NCBI GenBank assembly: GCA_003226295.1
Contig: CP029803.1
Coordinates: forward strand, 1,481,477 to 1,545,476
Length of the DNA: 64,000 nucleotides
Source: Candidatus Moanibacter tarae
GTDB lineage: Bacteria; Verrucomicrobiota; Verrucomicrobiia; Opitutales; UBA2987
Direction: 5' to 3'
In this document: piece by piece, positions 61,784 to 64,000 of the stretch
Layout: each line of letters opens with the position of its first letter
Position numbering within the stretch: the stretch's first letter is position 1
Made by a program: the position numbers and the translations under genes
The notes under the pieces: generated by a model
Seen by the model: the letters and a program-made list of their open reading frames with translations, nothing else
The model's database searches: none
Told to the model about the DNA's origin: nothing

Positions 61784-63034
61784 ATGATAGCGATAATTTA
61801 TAAGTTCCCCGGGGATGCCTGGGTTCAACTTGGTGGAATGTCCGTCCTTGAGCGGAACCTGCGGTCGCTCGATAAAATCAACATTGAAAAAGTACGAATC
61901 GTCCTTCCTCCCGGAGAGTATCCACCAACGATATCCATTCCAAGGCCCCTCGGAATAAAACAAGAGATTGTCCACGAAAAACTAGTCGAGAATAACCTAC
62001 TTTCTACGTTAGGAGTGGCATTCCCAAAGAATTCCGAGTCTGCGTTGATCTTTCACGCTAACTTACTAACAGACCCCAGGATTTTTATCTTCTTAGCAGG
62101 CTTGAACTGTGCATTTTTTTCCCTAGATCCAGACGCAACAACACCGCAAAAAAATTGGAGGATCGCCCTACTAAGATTTAAAGACCTGGAAAAGGTGGAT
62201 GAACTGTGGGAAAAGGTAGATCTAATAACTCAAAACGATATAGCCAGCTATGACACCGAAGTCCGCGGGGAAGTCGATCCTTACTGTCTAGGTATAAATA
62301 GTCCCGAAAAACTGCACCAAGGCTGGGAGATCCTCATACGGAGATCGCAGAAACGGCCAGGTGATTTCATTGAGAAATACGTCCATCCCGACATACAAAA
62401 CTGGATTGTCAAAAGGATCTGCGACACCTCGATAACTCCGAATCAGATCTCTTTCATTGTCATCGCCTGCGCTGTAGCTGGCGCAATCCTATTCTATCAT
62501 GGACTTTTTCTTATCGCATGGATTTTGGCATTTTCAGCAACAATACTTGACGGCGTAGATGGCAAACTCGCACGTGTTAAACTGATGACTTCCAAGCTTG
62601 GTAAGTTTGAGCATATTTTTGATTACTTTGGTGAAAACGCTTGGTACCTCTGTCTAGCAAGAAATCTTGCTCTTACCTCCGGGCCCTCTGCATGGCTCTG
62701 TGGTATTGCCATTTCAGCCTGCGACACCGTGGATCGAATTATTGCCGCCTTCTTTGAAAAAAGAATGAAAATAACGCTTGACGAATATTCACTGTTCGAC
62801 CGCGACTTTCGACTGATTGGGGGCCGCAAAACCATATACCTTTTTTTCCTTCTGGTCGGTTTTTTTTCCGACTCCCTCTATTCTGCTCTTAAAATTTCAT
62901 TAGCCTGGGCAATCTTCACTGTCTTCATACACGCAACCAGAAGCTTCTGGCATTTCCGGAGAGCACCAAGGGTTGGTACCATCTCAGCCATACCTGAACA
63001 GGCCAAGTCTTCTTCAGATGGAACGGGGACATAG
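61784..63034 (+). CDS. second two-domain CDP-alcohol phosphatidyltransferase paralog with degenerate catalytic motif
   Basis: Same architecture as the gene at 50372-51568, with an N-terminal NTP-transferase-like soluble domain (IAIIYKFPGDAWVQLGGMSVLERNL). The membrane domain carries DGKLARVKLMTSKLGKFEHIFD, where the first conserved Asp of G-x3-D-x3-D is His and the second Asp is shifted. Start at the internal ATG. Confidence 0.55.
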   Translation: MIAIIYKFPGDAWVQLGGMSVLERNLRSLDKINIEKVRIVLPPGEYPPTISIPRPLGIKQEIVHEKLVENNLLSTLGVAFPKNSESALIFHANLLTDPRIFIFLAGLNCAFFSLDPDATTPQKNWRIALLRFKDLEKVDELWEKVDLITQNDIASYDTEVRGEVDPYCLGINSPEKLHQGWEILIRRSQKRPGDFIEKYVHPDIQNWIVKRICDTSITPNQISFIVIACAVAGAILFYHGLFLIAWILAFSATILDGVDGKLARVKLMTSKLGKFEHIFDYFGENAWYLCLARNLALTSGPSAWLCGIAISACDTVDRIIAAFFEKRMKITLDEYSLFDRDFRLIGGRKTIYLFFLLVGFFSDSLYSALKISLAWAIFTVFIHATRSFWHFRRAPRVGTISAIPEQAKSSSDGTGT

Positions 63035-63365
63035 CTTTCTAATGAATAAGCGAATGCTCTCATCTCTTTAGGAAGATTTAGGGCCAGCTTTGGCCATCTA
63101 GCAGGGCAAAGATATTTCCTGAACCAAATCAATAATCGTTGGATCTAAGATGGGCTTTAGAATAAGATTGAAGATGTTTATCTTTGATACACCGGTACAC
63201 TGGTCTCAACGGTTCCATTCGCTACCTTGGTCATTTGGTTCACGTAATGAAAGGAGGTTTAAAACCTTCATGAATCAATTAGCACACCCTTTGAACAATC
63301 AAGGGATTTCTCTAATCCAAACCTAATTGGGAATCAGAATATTCCACCAGTACTTTAACAACAGC

Positions 63366-64000
63366 CTAGTTACTACGTCGCGAGCGCAGAAGATAGTAAG
63401 AAGGCAGTATGATCAAGGTCGTGGTCATGGTAAGGAAGACTCCCAGACAAAGCAACTGGCCAAGACTAGCGGTACCTCGATGAGAGAGAAACATGAGCGT
63501 GCCAAAACTAAACATAGTCGTGAGCCCGCTGAAAAGGACACCTCTAGCAGTACTAGTGTGTAGAAAGTCTGTATTCGTACCGGAGATGCTCCGCATGCGA
63601 TGGACCATATGGATACCATTATCAACTCCTAGTCCAAGAAGAAGAGGCAGGGCTATTATATTGGCAAAGTTAAAGGATGCTCCCATGAGAACAGTCGCAG
63701 CGCCGGTGAAGAGACCAGCAACAAGCAAGGGGATCAAGACGAGAAGGGGTTCCGCCCAATTCCTAAAGATGGCTATCAATAGTACCGTAATAAGTAATAA
63801 GGCACTGAGAAAAGCCTGTTTAAAAGAATAGACAATGGTCCTCCCCGCTTCATATGTAAATATGGGACCCGAAGTTGCATTGGAAGCAACCGTCCTTACT
63901 TCATTGACGAAGCGGATTAAGGCTTCATTTTCGGATATGTTAAGGTTTGAAAAAACTTGGATCCGAAAGCGTTCGTTTTCGCTAATCCAACGGTCGCGAA
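63366..64000 (-). CDS. MMPL/RND-superfamily transporter, C-terminal portion (HpnN-like); gene continues beyond window end
   Basis: The reading frame stays open from the window edge to the stop at 63366. The translation (…FVNEVRTVASNATSGPIFTYEAGRTIVYSFKQAFLSALLLITVLLIAIFRNWAEPLLVLIPLLVAGLFTGAATVLMGASFNFANIIALPLLLGLGVDNGIHMVHRMRS…) is the characteristic last TM bundle of MMPL/RND exporters. The ORF track's 137-aa call begins at an internal TTG. Confidence 0.65.
   Translation of the reverse strand, partial: RDRWISENERFRIQVFSNLNISENEALIRFVNEVRTVASNATSGPIFTYEAGRTIVYSFKQAFLSALLLITVLLIAIFRNWAEPLLVLIPLLVAGLFTGAATVLMGASFNFANIIALPLLLGLGVDNGIHMVHRMRSISGTNTDFLHTSTARGVLFSGLTTMFSFGTLMFLSHRGTASLGQLLCLGVFLTMTTTLIILPSYYLLRSRRSN

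Noticed and set aside
63366-63779. Treating the 137-aa ORF as a complete small membrane protein
   Set aside because: The frame remains open upstream to the window edge and the upstream residues continue the MMPL TM bundle. The TTG 'start' is internal.
1-64000. CRISPR arrays, IS elements, prophage or toxin-antitoxin pairs
   Set aside because: No regularly spaced direct repeats, no transposase-like or integrase-like ORFs, and no small adjacent gene pairs with TA-like features were seen on either strand.

Overview
This is a 64-kb window of a bacterial chromosome, roughly 50% GC and densely coding. I support about 54 protein-coding genes and one tRNA-Ser(GCU). I saw no rRNA, CRISPR array, IS element or transposase, integrase, or phage genes.

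Most of the window is core or metabolic. It holds three SDR oxidoreductases, two enolase-superfamily dehydratases, a fused E1 alpha/beta 2-oxoacid dehydrogenase with its E2, and an RND efflux pair. It also holds asnS, rho with an Arg/Gly-rich N-terminal extension, trxA, coaB, coaE, a GldA/GldF/GldG-like ABC transporter followed by DUF4340, lhgO, and a D-cysteine desulfhydrase/ACC-deaminase family enzyme.

The most unusual part is the last quarter (48.8-64 kb). A tight seven-gene minus-strand operon (Rieske protein, amidohydrolase-2, an IPCT/DIPPS-like two-domain CDP-alcohol phosphotransferase, an HpnA-like NAD-dependent epimerase, a ketopantoate-reductase-like enzyme, an SDR and a FAD monooxygenase) is followed by a tRNA-Ser. 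After the tRNA come a UPF0104 (HpnL-like, flippase-like) membrane protein, a DUF2141 secreted protein, a radical-SAM enzyme, dxs, and a second diverged copy of the two-domain CDP-alcohol phosphotransferase. The window ends inside an HpnN-like MMPL/RND transporter that runs off the edge.

This looks like an isoprenoid or polar-lipid (hopanoid-type) tailoring and export locus built around two paralogous phosphodiester-forming enzymes, and it is a candidate for an undescribed head-group or phospho-polyol pathway. All product calls come from motif reading of the supplied translations. No database search was possible.
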